A DNA stretch of 41,372 nt from Octopus bimaculoides (Eukaryota), in assembly GCF_001194135.2 (NCBI RefSeq), contig NC_068983.1, forward strand, positions 140,766,689 to 140,808,060. Direction: 5' to 3'. Shown piece after piece: positions 1 to 11,547 of this stretch (position 1 is its first letter; the number at the start of each line of letters is the position of its first letter). Below the pieces are notes generated by a model. It ran no database searches. It had not been told where the DNA came from and saw only the letters and a list, made by a program, of their open reading frames with translations. A program made the position numbers and the translations under genes.

Positions 1-1736
1 AAGAAGAAAGTTTTATTTTCCAGGATAAGTCTCACTGATTCTAGTATAAATGTCACCGTGTAACTGTTGGGAATTGCTTCTCTGTGTTTGTCTACCCAGT
101 ATTCAACCGCCTTTATTCCTAAATCATGTGGGATATTTGTGTATAGGCTTACTACATCAAAGCTCAGTAGGATTGAATTTGTTTCAGTGGTTTTGGGAAG
201 CTGGGATAAAAAGTCGATGTCATCCCGAATGAAACTGGGTATGTATGTACATAGTGGCTTCAAAAGAATGTCGATGAAATTGCTTAGACGGTGAGTAGGG
301 CATATTGGGTCAGCTATAATTGGTCTAAGTTTTAAATTTTTTGGATGTAGCACTTTTATGTATTCACTTCCTTGTTCTTTTACTGCCTGTTGAATATCTT
401 CTGACTTATGTATTTTGGGTAAGCCGTAAAAGTTACCGGGTTTTGGTTCGAAGTTGGTGATGCTGTCTCTTTCATTGTCAGTGAGTGAGTTGTAGTGTTT
501 AGAAACTAGGTGGTTGATCTTATTCATGATGTGGTGGTCTATGTTCGAGGGTATTTCAGAATAGAAGGTTGTATCCTTTAGTTGTTCCTCAACGAAATCC
601 TTGTAGTATTCCACATCCATGATGACGATTGCACCCCCTTTATCTGCTTGTTTAATTATTATTGTTTCATCGTTTTGTATGCGTTTAAGTGCAGATATCT
701 CTGATTTGTTAATGTTCGGCCTAACTTTGGTATTTTGTTTTAGAGGGACGTTTGATAGGGTGTCAATATATTGGTGAAGGTAGATATTTCTGCCTTTTGG
801 TGGGGTGAAATTTGATTTATTCCTCACTAAAGAATCTTCGGTTTCATTATTATTTTTATTATTACTATTGGTGGTGAAGAATTCAACAAGTCGTAATTTG
901 CGACAGAATTTCTGGATATCTTCCTTTAGTTCATGGTGGTTGACTGTTGGTGTAGGTGTAAATTTCAGGCCTTTTAACAGAAGTTGGGTTTCATCATTGT
1001 CAAGATCTCTTCTGGAAAGATTAATTATCTTAGAATCTATATGTCCAGTTGTTTTGGGTATGTTACTTCTTGGAGTGTTTCTTTCTCCGGTGTTTGTTGT
1101 CCTGACATTAAAAAATGAATGTTTTTTTCTGTTTATGGTTACCATTTTTGTTGGTGTTGAATTGAAGTTTGTGTTTTCGTTGTGTTATTTTACCTGGTGT
1201 TGTTATGTTTGCCGTCCTATTTTCAGAATAATACATCTTTTTCAATGTGTAAGTATTGGTTTTAGTGATCTGAGAGGATGGTCTGGTATTGTTTCCGGTC
1301 CAAGGTCGGTTTTTTTCCCGTTTTTTTGTAGGTAATCTTTGTTGAGGTTTTGAAAATGATCTGGTGTTCCTACGTCTAATGGTCTGATCAGACAAATACT
1401 TATTTTGTTCATGTTTTTTTGTTTATAATGTGTACTTTAGGGTGTTTGCGTACAAAAGGGGAAGAGTTCTTACCGTAGTTCCTCTTTGATTCCTGGTGGA
1501 ATGGGCGTTTATGTTGCCTCATGCTCTGGCTTTTGTTACCTTGGTGAGATTGTTCTTTTTTACTGTTATTTCTCTGGGTTCTAAATTCTTTACCGTAGTT
1601 GGTAGAATATTTATCCAGGAATAGTTGTTTCTGCTGCCATAATTTTCGTGATTTGTTCTCTTCTCTGGAGATATCTTTGATCCATAGTTCGCGCATTTTT
1701 TCTTTTACATTGCCGGTTGCTAGTTTTGATATTTCA
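1..1736 (-). mobile_element. Penelope-like retroelement, N-terminal region plus reverse transcriptase; cut by the window edge (left) and an N gap (right)
   Basis: Manual minus-strand translation gives PLE RT motifs: INLSRRDLDNDETQLLLKGLKFTPTP, KQADKGGAIVIMD, FYGLPKIHK, LRPIIADPICPTHRLSNFIDILLKPL, SFDVVSLYTNIPH. Upstream pieces (1409-1736, 1108-1422) lie in other frames. Confidence 0.93.
3..1145 (-). CDS. Partial PLE reverse transcriptase ORF (ATG at 1145, no stop down to the window edge, about 381 codons; absent from the ORF track)
   Basis: Checked codon by codon: no stop from 1184 to 3 in this frame. Contains the RT motifs listed above; the catalytic YxDD motif would lie beyond the left edge. 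Confidence 0.85.
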   Translation of the reverse strand, partial: MVTINRKKHSFFNVRTTNTGERNTPRSNIPKTTGHIDSKIINLSRRDLDNDETQLLLKGLKFTPTPTVNHHELKEDIQKFCRKLRLVEFFTTNSNNKNNNETEDSLVRNKSNFTPPKGRNIYLHQYIDTLSNVPLKQNTKVRPNINKSEISALKRIQNDETIIIKQADKGGAIVIMDVEYYKDFVEEQLKDTTFYSEIPSNIDHHIMNKINHLVSKHYNSLTDNERDSITNFEPKPGNFYGLPKIHKSEDIQQAVKEQGSEYIKVLHPKNLKLRPIIADPICPTHRLSNFIDILLKPLCTYIPSFIRDDIDFLSQLPKTTETNSILLSFDVVSLYTNIPHDLGIKAVEYWVDKHREAIPNSYTVTFILESVRLILENKTFF

Positions 1737-2499
1737 NNNNNNNNNNNNNNNNNNNNNNNNNNNNNNNNNNNNNNNNNNNNNNNNNNNNNNNNNNNNNNNN
1801 NNNNNNNNNNNNNNNNNNNNNNNNNNNNNNNNNNNNNNNNNNNNNNNNNNNNNNNNNNNNNNNNNNNNNNNNNNNNNNNNNNNNNNNNNNNNNNNNNNNN
1901 NNNNNNNNNNNNNNNNNNNNNNNNNNNNNNNNNNNNNNNNNNNNNNNNNNNNNNNNNNNNNNNNNNNNNNNNNNNNNNNNNNNNNNNNNNNNNNNNNNNN
2001 NNNNNNNNNNNNNNNNNNNNNNNNNNNNNNNNNNNNNNNNNNNNNNNNNNNNNNNNNNNNNNNNNNNNNNNNNNNNNNNNNNNNNNNNNNNNNNNNNNNN
2101 NNNNNNNNNNNNNNNNNNNNNNNNNNNNNNNNNNNNNNNNNNNNNNNNNNNNNNNNNNNNNNNNNNNNNNNNNNNNNNNNNNNNNNNNNNNNNNNNNNNN
2201 NNNNNNNNNNNNNNNNNNNNNNNNNNNNNNNNNNNNNNNNNNNNNNNNNNNNNNNNNNNNNNNNNNNNNNNNNNNNNNNNNNNNNNNNNNNNNNNNNNNN
2301 NNNNNNNNNNNNNNNNNNNNNNNNNNNNNNNNNNNNNNNNNNNNNNNNNNNNNNNNNNNNNNNNNNNNNNNNNNNNNNNNNNNNNNNNNNNNNNNNNNNN
2401 NNNNNNNNNNNNNNNNNNNNNNNNNNNNNNNNNNNNNNNNNNNNNNNNNNNNNNNNNNNNNNNNNNNNNNNNNNNNNNNNNNNNNNNNNNNNNNNNNNN

Positions 2500-2531
<32 letters not shown>

Positions 2532-2574
2532 ACACATGTACAACCATGCATATTACTTTACATAATGTAGTTTT

Positions 2575-2767
2575 CAGGCAGCGAGATGGCAGAACTGTTA
2601 CCACACCTGCTCAAATTGTTAGCGTCATTTTGTTTGCCTGTATGTTCTGGGTTCAAATTCCGCCAAGTTCGTCTATGCATTTAATCCATTGGGGTGAAAT
2701 CCATAGGTTTAATGTAATGAATTACGCCCCTTGTCGGTCTTGGGGCAAAATTTGAAACCATTATTTC
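2575..2767 (+). mobile_element. tRNA-derived SINE, family 1 (degraded)
   Basis: Head GGCAGCGAGATGGCAGAA, B-box-like GGTTCAAATTCC and tail CAAAATTTGAAACCATTATT; collinear with the copies at 17733 and 24838. Confidence 0.75.
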
Positions 2768-3414
2768 GAGCAATTTCTGTACATTCATGCGTGTGAGTGA
2801 ATGTAATATAACAACGTATAAATCAACCTGGGTTAAAAATTCTAACCCAGGAGCAGTCATCAAATGTATCATACGACAACATTGATTTTTATTTTATCAG
2901 AGTTAACCATTAAAGGAAAGTTGTTTTTTTTTCTTTTTTTTTTCAACAACAGCTACCTTAACATTAGCTTTAATTGAATTATAAACATGTGAATAATACA
3001 ATATTGCCCTTAATGATAAGCTAAAGGAAGCGTACAAGTTCGTGCATTAGTTTTAATAAATAACTACTAAATAACTCATGGCAAATAAAGCAATAAATGA
3101 AGAATTAGTATTCTAGAAATAAGTGTAACATGGTTTGTTTTGAGAAAAGGAAAACTACACGCTATGGAGTACTGATGTGGTGAGTAAGCTAGTTAAGACG
3201 CTTCATCAAACTAACTGAATGAGGAATGACCAACCTTTTTTCTTCCTCTCCATTTTTGTATATGTGCTTCGCAAGAATTTTAGAAATAGTGTGAGAAGTT
3301 TGTTGGGAGCAGTCACATGATCTGACTTCGAATTGTTTGTGGAATCAAAAGGACTTTTTCATTTCTGGGCTAGTCTGTCATGGTTCGGTGGTTTTTCGAC
3401 TGGTTGAAGAGGGT

Positions 3415-3830
3415 ATGAGTGTGTGTGCGTGTGGATGTGCACGATTCTGTGTGTGTATATATATGCTTGTGTATGTTTGTGTGTGTTATGTTGGTCCGGC
3501 GTGTATGTGTATGCATGTTTGTAGTGTTGTTATTGTCCGGTTGGTGGCGGTGGTGTGCGTGTATGAGTGTGCATATGTACGTGTGTGTGTGCGTGCATAT
3601 GTATTTATGTGTGTGTGGATGTGTTGTATATGTCAGGGACTGTGTGTATGTCCGTGTATTACGTTTATCATGGCGGTATATGTATGCGTATGTGTGTGCG
3701 TGTACGTACTGTGCGTGTGTATGCGTGTGCGTACTGTGCGTGTTTGTACTGGGTATGCATTTGTGTGCGTGTATATGTGGGTGTGGTTTATGTGATTTTC
3801 AGGGTGTGTATGCATGTGTATATATATTTA
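3415..3830. repeat. Degenerate (GT)n/(GTAT)n low-complexity tract
   Basis: Directly visible; explains the ORF-track V/C/Y/M-rich pseudo-ORFs. Confidence 0.9.
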
Positions 3831-3880
3831 TATCTACATTATAACTATGCAAACATACGCGTATGTAATTTTTTATTATT

Positions 3881-4090
3881 TTACTCGTTTCAGTCATTTG
3901 ACAGCGACCATACTGGCTTTTTAATCGAAGAAATCGACCTCAGCACTTATTCTTTGAAAGCTCAGTACTTATTCTGTCCGTTTCTTTTGCCAAACCGTCA
4001 AGTTACGGGGATATAAACCACCAACTTCTGTTGACAAGTGATGTGATGTGTGGACAAACACTGACACAAACACACACACACACACATAAA
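3881..4090 (-). mobile_element. SINE family 2, 3' half only
   Basis: Collinear with 26787-27000 (gtttcagtcatttg...aaatcgacc...cttattctttg...cttttgcc.aacc...aagttac.ggga...gacaaacac); tRNA head missing. Confidence 0.75.
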
Positions 4091-4134
4091 CGTAGAGAGA
4101 GAAAAAAAAGGCTGTGGAAAGTATAAAATCAAAT

Positions 4135-4686
4135 TCCAAAGCTTTCTATGAATTCACAAATATAATATCAAATGAGACCATTGTGCCAAGGGAATAGCTC
4201 AATGACGGTGGACCCAAGAAGAATAAGTGAAATACTCAGTGAACAATTTAAAAGTGTCTTCACATTCCTCACTTTGACACAAGCAGATAAAAAAATCCGG
4301 CTGCAATCTTTGAAACTGCAGCTCTAAAAATGCGGCGCCAGCCATCGATTGCATCAACAGTCAGGAAACAGATGTAACAGCGGCCATAAATGAAATGAGC
4401 TCATACTCCGCCGCTGGCCCTAATGGCTTCCCAGCTATTCTTCTAAAGTCATGTAAGCGGGCTTTAGTGAAACCACTTCAGATACTTTTCCAAAATTTCC
4501 TTGCAAGTGGTACGCTTCTTAAAAAGCTGAAAGAAGGCATTATATGCCCTATTCCACAAAGGTGGAAGCAGAGCAGAGGCCAAAAACTACAGGCTAATCT
4601 ATCTGATTTCGTATATCAGTAAAGTCATGGAGCGAATCATCAGAAAGAAGTTGATAATGTTCCTAGAAGAAAATGACCTACTGACA
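4135..4686 (+). mobile_element. CR1/L2-type LINE RT fragment (frameshifted)
   Basis: DVTAAINEMSSYSAAGPNGFPAILLKSCKRALVKPLQILF, frameshift near 4555, then KGGSRAEAKNYRLIYLISYISKVMERIIRKKLIMFLEENDLL (degenerate SxGPDG, KGG and NYRPISL motifs). Confidence 0.85.
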
Positions 4687-4828
4687 TACAGAAAACAAGT
4701 ATAGACCACAATTAAATATAGACCAAACCATTTCCAACCAATAAATAAGAACAGACACATAAAAAACAATTTGATACATATTATCGTTTTGAAAACTACT
4801 TCCCATCATTTCCTAAACCTTTTTTCCT

Positions 4829-5290
4829 GTATATATATATATATATATATGACTACACACACAGACAAATACACACACACACAAACAAACACACTCACAC
4901 ACAAATACACTCACACACACACATACAAAAGAAAACATCACAGAAACACACAAACAGACACAACTCTGTACATACACCACTCTGTAGGCACACACTCAAA
5001 CGCACACACACAAACGCATAGATACACACACGCATACACTCAAAAGAAAACATCGCAAGAAAAAACACTCACACACATGCACAAACACAACACACCTGCA
5101 CACAATCTTTCTCTATCTCTCACACACATTAACTCACGCACACGAACTCACATAATCACAGCTGGTGAGTACACACATACATACAGGAGGAGACACTCAA
5201 AAGAATACATCTAACACAAAGAAAAAATTCGAATTCTTTCTTCAACAAGACATTCATCACAACACACACATCCATCAACACACAGCTGGT
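4829..5290. repeat. (TA)n plus degenerate (CA)n low-complexity tract
   Basis: Directly visible. Confidence 0.9.
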
Positions 5291-5649
5291 TATATTCCAA
5301 ACATATTGAAAGGGGACACGCGCGCGCGCGCAGGTGGATACATATTTCTTTTAGACAATAGACAAACCTTCACTTACTCTCTATCACTTTGAACTCTATA
5401 CCAAACTATATTTAAAGAAGACTTCAACGAAAAATATCCAGACATGTTCTTGACTCCCAGACAGAAGATAAACTGCATTTACTTCAAAGATTTACAAATT
5501 TTTACTGATGCTTTTGATAAGATGAGACTTCATCATAGAAACCGGTTATATTTTCTTTATATAATTTTAAAATCATTTTTTTAAAATTCCTTCTTAAATT
5601 GAAATACATTACACTTACTTCTGTGCTATTTCCAACTCCATCTCTTATA

Positions 5650-5712
5650 TACGTGTGTGTGTATGTGTGTGTGTTTGTGTGTGTGTGAGTGTGTGTGTGT
5701 GTGTGCGCGTAT
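5650..5712. repeat. (GT)n microsatellite
   Basis: Directly visible. Confidence 0.9.
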
Positions 5713-6691
5713 ATGTAGAGCCTAACAGGGGATAGGAACACTAAGGATGTGGCAAATACATTATCAGCATAGACCTATATCACATTGAACATTCTGAGAA
5801 CCTTATTCATACGTAATAATCTAAGCTTTAGAATGACTAGGAGACATTGGGAAAATCTGTTAAGACATATGTGCCAGTACATTTTAACTCTCATAGAGCT
5901 TTCCAAACACACAAAACAATATGCTGTGCCGAAGAAATTTCCTAATGCCATAATTTCCAAACTAAAATTCTGTAAATATTAATTTCACATTTCAATGAAG
6001 GCAACAACTTCGCTAAATTTAAGAACTCTAAAAATAGATTTGATTTTACTCGATATGTGGAAAACCTTAAAAGTTTGTAAAAGGACATAAATGCGACCAA
6101 ATACCAAATGATAATATTGTTATGAAATACAAAATAGCAAGTTATTTTACTTTATGCGAGTCAATAAAGACAGTACAAAATGCGCTTAAATGGAACTATA
6201 TAAAACAACATGGAATGTTTAGTGTCCATAAACATATAAATCACTACTTCTGGGTTAACTGAATCGAAGGATAAAGAAACAAACTTTTCCGTTGATATGC
6301 GAATATGAATGCAGTCTCTGCTACAAAGCTAAATGAGTTTCTGCTTCTACGCTGAAGAGCGCTCTATGATTTGAGAGAGGAAGCCTGAGAGGGCAGAGAG
6401 ATCGTATAGAATCAGTAGGTTTTCCGCTTCAGCATGAGAACGAAATGGGTTCAGGGAACAGCAAAGAATAAAATGAGAAAATAAGCCAGCGTCAACCATA
6501 AGTGAAAGAAGGATTTGTGGTGCATATCGCAGCAAAATATTCTGTTAGAAATATAAGGATAATGCAAAAAATATATGTGTGCATACGCAGGTGGATATGA
6601 CTTTACGTGTAGAAATATGCAAATAAATTTACAAATCTATATCTATACATGATCATATGCCTCTCTTTCTCTCCATCTTTCTGTGTGTGCG

Positions 6692-6693
6692 TA

Positions 6694-6739
<46 letters not shown>
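6692..6739. repeat. (TA)n microsatellite
   Basis: Directly visible. Confidence 0.95.
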
Positions 6740-6742
<3 letters not shown>

Positions 6743-7740
6743 CTGCACGTAATATGTTCTAAGCACATGCAGAAATAGAGCTGGGAGTTTACGAAGCGTA
6801 TACAAGAGTGTGATGTATGCCTCTAAAAGTTCTGACAGTATTGTTTAATTATGGGTATACGCAAAAGCTTGCACGCGCAGATGTGTATGTGTATGTGAAT
6901 AATGTATATACATATATAAACGAATATATACGTATATACATATACGTGCAAATACTGGTAGCGGCTAAACTTTGAGATGCGACAGTGTGTGCATTTCGAT
7001 TTGAGTGCTCAAAAATTGTTGCTGGAAGAATTTTCCATGTGACTGAATATATGAAGCTTTTTCTATAAATAATGAAACCGAATTTTTGTGAAATGTTATG
7101 TATAAAGTATGAACTTTCTAACAAAGACATTATATTTAATAATTCAATTTTGACGATTTAGCTAACCATATGAAAGTGCAGTAGATTTATCACACTAACA
7201 GACATAGTAAAACATATTAATATTTATATTTGATCTATGAGCTTCTCGCGGGCTGTGGGTGGTTGGGCTGGTCTGTGGTGGCGACTGGTTGAGGTGATGA
7301 ATGACAGTATGTTTCTTGGGCTGCGTGTGGAAGTATCTGAAGAACACAGGTGAACATTTATCAGAAGAATTTTTTATCGCATATAGAGAAATAGCGCATA
7401 GGCTTTTTACAGATAACAACGTCAATAATTACATAGTGAGAGAGATATACTGCTGAGATTTTGACACAACATGCGGCTTGGCCAACATAACTGGAAACAA
7501 TGGTGCAATATTCGCGGCGTGCGTGGGAATATATGTATGTATTTATGCATATGTGTGTGTATACTCATTAATATGTATGTGTATATCAGTGCGTGTGCGT
7601 GTGTGTTTGCATTATGCACATATAAGTTTATACGTATATACACATATACAGTATGTTCAGATATAATTATGTTTTCATATAAACATATGCATGCAAACAA
7701 ACAAACATACAAACGTACAAACATACACACATGCATACAC

Positions 7741-8960
7741 CCCTTGACCAAGTTTGCATCCATGAGGCTCTTAACATCATCAGACTCGGAATGCAGCTCC
7801 TTGAGCAACACTTTTTGTCTGATAACCTCGAATACGTGCTAAAAGAAGTCGCACGACTCTACTGCGACGTATCATCAGATGGAAGGATGAGCCTGTATGA
7901 GCAGAAGACTATGCATGAATATGTTAGTAGAAAGCTACTTGAAGATAGTAACATCGATCATCAACGCAGTTTAATATGGACCAATAGCCGGATTATTACC
8001 TCTCACTTTGAAGGGCATGAATTTGCAATCCAAGAACAGGAAATATCAACCAAGTGCCAGATGCACAAAAGGGATAAATATGCAGAAAAAGCAGTAAAAT
8101 GGGGCAACTTATGCAAACTTTCTGGAGTTCGCACTGAAGATATCACCCACATCACAAGCATTTGTCCGAAAATGTCATCACGGTATTATCTACCGATGAA
8201 ACATGATGTTGTAGCTAGGACACTCTGTAATTAAATCAGTCGGAAGGATAATGCCGAGGACAAAGAAATAAGAACCCACAATATGGTAGAAGCCATAGCC
8301 ATTCATAATAAAACGGAATACTGGTGGAATGTCCCAGTGAAGACTACAATAAAATGTAAGAACAACAGGCCTGATATAATGATTTCGGATAGAGAAGAGA
8401 AACTGTGTACAGTTGTGGAAATTAGATGCCCAGCGGATGTTAATATAAAGCTGAAGATTAGTGGAAAAAGAGAAAACCTATGCTGAACTATTGGGAAATC
8501 TGCAGTTACTCTATCCAGATTACAAGTTCAAGTTTATACCTGTAATTATTGTGGCCCTGGGATATGGAACACACTGCCTAAATACCAATCTTGAGAAATT
8601 AGGCTTCTCAAAACCAGAAAGGAGAAAGCTAATTCGATGACAACAGATTCAATCCATCACTGGAACAGTAAACTCAGTAAAACTTTCCAGAAGTTTATCA
8701 CTTAAATATATATGAGCAAGTATAGATATGCAAATATGTGCATGAGAATACATATATAAAACATATAAATCTGCACATACATACATACATACATACATAC
8801 ATACATACATACATGCATACATACATACATAAATACAAACAAAATTACAATGATGCTAGTGTTGAAATTCCAATGAAGGTGCCTGGGATCTAGTTTAGAA
8901 ACCGGTTCTTTCTCTATTGGCAAGAAATCTTGAATTAAAGTGAATAATGGCATACATACA
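7741..8960 (+). mobile_element. 5'-truncated non-LTR retrotransposon with CCHC zinc knuckle and RLE (R2 superfamily, R4/Dong-like); 3' UTR containing and ending in (CATA)n
   Basis: One frame 7731-8486 with a single TAA (8232): EGHEFAIQEQEISTK, CKLSG..EDITHITSICPKMSSRYYLPMKHD, YWWNVPV, NRPDIMISD..LCTVVEIRCPAD. After a frameshift near 8465: YAELLGNLQLLYPDYKFKFIPVIIVALG, stop about 8703. Confidence 0.9.
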
Positions 8961-10334
8961 TATATATATATATACAAACATTTATTTATTTCCTTGAAGA
9001 TCGTAACATTAATGCGTTACTTTCTTAAAATGTATCCTGTACTTGATTTAGTTCCCGTTTCTATTGGCTTTTCTGCTTGTAAATTTTGTAAAATGAAAAA
9101 GACAACACCTAAATAATAGCTAATAGAAAACATTGATAAATGATTTCACTGTTTTGTTCATTACCAAATATTTTAAGAAGAATAAAGTATAACTCAACAC
9201 TGTATGCAATTAAAAGATAATTCGGAGAGGATATAAATCATTGTTTACTTGTTTTAAACCCAGGGAAATTAAATTCATTGTGTATTATATGGCATTCATA
9301 CGTCACCTCTTGTACTTTACAGAGACATAATTATCTACCTACCCTTTGCTTTTTGTAACGGTTTTTTTTTTTTGGTGTATAGTTTATTCTTATTGTGCTG
9401 AAGTAGGAACACTCGTGAACCAAATACACGACGAGGACAGCTACAAAAGAAACTTCTTACGCAATCAGATGTTAACGAAATAAGTTGAAGTGGCAGCTAT
9501 TCGTGTGATTTGAATTGCGTTACGTTGTATCACACATGACTTCTATGTAGCAATTAACAAATGTGTTTCTGTAAGGAACTTCTTTTAAAGAATAAACATC
9601 ATTCAAAGTAGTACAATAGGAACAGAATAATGGCAGTGAAAAGTTGATATTATCTAAGGAAATTAGATTAATATTTTATACAATATCCCAGTACGAAGTA
9701 CTGCATGTTCAACCTATTACATATCGAAACCTTTAGATAGTGACGTCTATTTTCAAATTTAAATGTTCCTAATGAAACTAAGCGAAACTTTTTAGAAGAG
9801 GAAGAATTTAGTGCAAGTAATCTTTATAATTTTATAAAATATAAAGTCCTCCGCAAGTAGGCCATTGTGATGTCACATTCGTATACATGGCAAGAAGGCT
9901 TATTTTTGTAATTAGAACGGTTGGATTTATATCAGTTGCGACCGGTAACAAGGTGCTTCCTTTAGACATGTAATCTCTCTTCAATACATCCAAATTAAAT
10001 ATCGTTTAAGAGAACTTAATACATGCTTCTCAAGAGCTGTGCATATCTTTCATCACCTGATACAACCTGTATTCTTGTTTGAATTTTATATACCATGGGT
10101 GAAATCAGATACGAATGTCACCTGATATGTTTTATTCTAATTCGCAAGCAACAACGTCGCTTCTCTCTTTTGAAGCATTTGAGGTGTACTAGTTATTGGG
10201 CAGTCGCTTTTAGCCACTGTTTGGAAATTATATCTTAATGATTTCCGAAAAAGAGATGGGATGTGGATTAAAGACAGTAGATGGTCACAGATAACCTGAC
10301 ATTCTCCGGTTGCTTATGTGACATTTTTTAACTC

Positions 10335-10565
10335 AGATGTTTCTACATATCAATATCTACACATATAACTGGTACTCATATGTATATGGATACCTGTACA
10401 CCCACATATACGTGCATCTGTATGTCTTATTGCTCCTGTACATGCATGTATATATACCTTGTATACATACATTCATTCACATATACACACGTACATACAT
10501 ACGCGCATACATGTACACATATACAAATGCACGCACATAGGTATGGATGCACACACACACGCGAA
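10335..10565. repeat. Degenerate (CATA/CA/TA)n low-complexity tract
   Basis: Directly visible. Confidence 0.8.
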
Positions 10566-10659
10566 TATAATTAGATGGTTGCGAAATTCGAGTATGAGAA
10601 TGAGTGAGGGGTTAGATAGGGCTTAGAAGTTAAGATATAGATTTATAAGGTCATAGGGA

Positions 10660-11540
10660 TTACCTAAGGGGTATTGTGGAAATGTACTGTATGGTCATTT
10701 TGGCATTTGGATTTGTAGTAGAATTTGAATGTGTGGAAAAAGTGGTGATTTCATGTATTTAGTGACTCCTTATGTTTATTTAGCAGAGCTGAAAAGTTGT
10801 ACTTTAATATGTGAAGTGCCTCCTTCAAGCAAAGCTTTCAGGTTGAGCGTTGACCTCGGTAGGGCTGCCCTGAGTCCAGTATGGACTATGATAGAGTATA
10901 AGATATATTTGCATTTTTGAGATGATGTATGTGGTTGGCGAGTGTTGTAGATTTACTATGTTTATTGTATCTAAAAGAGCGGAGGTGAGCGGCATATCGT
11001 TGCTTAAAACTTTCGGTTGATCCTATGTATATGACTGTAGAGTTGTGTAATAGATTAAGGACAGTGCATTTGTAAATTACATTATATCTTCTGCAATGGG
11101 TTTGTAACGGGCAGGTGGTTCCAGTACGGCAATTACAATTAGGTGCGTTTTGGGGTCTGTGCTCAGTAATAGAGGAGGAAGTATCGTCAGAGGAGAGGTT
11201 ATAGAAGTGGGTAGAAGATTCTATATTATTAGTATTATTGACGTTATCATTACTAACGTTGCTATTATTACTATTATTGCTATCAATTGCACTATTTGTA
11301 GGGGTGGTAGAGATTGTATTGGTGCTTTGGTCGGTGTTAGTATGATAGGTTGGGTTATGGTTGTAGTCTGATATAAGGGTATGTGTGCTGGAGCTGTGCG
11401 TGTGTTGAGTGTTCGGATGACTGGGGTTGTAGCTATGTGAGTTTTGATAGTAAAGAGATAGCTTTCGCTTATTAGAGGTTGCTACAATAGATTCGAAGTT
11501 GGGTGAGGTAGAATAAGACAACATTGTGTATAAACTCTGT
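10660..11540 (-). mobile_element. Penelope-like element 3' part: post-RT motif, Cys-rich linker and GIY-YIG endonuclease (in-frame stops)
   Basis: LSYSTSPNFESIVATSNKRKL ... CNCRTGTTCPLQTHC..NVIYKCTV..VIYIGSTESFKQRYAAHLRSF..STTLANHIHHLK. Continues in frame past TAG/TGA as SILDSGQPYRGQRST*KLCLKEALHILK..LLNK. Confidence 0.92.
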
Positions 11541-11547
11541 TATTTGG

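Noticed and set aside
1409-2604. Long ORF-track entries (269-380 aa) spanning the gap
   Set aside because: They are mostly X residues from the N run. Only the 1409-1736 part is real sequence, and it is assigned to the PLE. The same applies to ORFs over the other four gaps.
3337-5214. ORFs rich in V/C/Y/M or H/T
   Set aside because: Translations of (GT)n and (CA)n low-complexity DNA with no domain content.
5215-5520. Possible APE-endonuclease relic (FFLQQDIH...RAGGYIFLLDN)
   Set aside because: Only a loose resemblance to the QET and GGGV motifs, partly built from a (CG)n run; not supportable without an HMM search.
6280-6560. Purine-rich non-repetitive segment with minus-strand acceptor-like sites
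   Set aside because: No matching donor or recognisable protein motif found.
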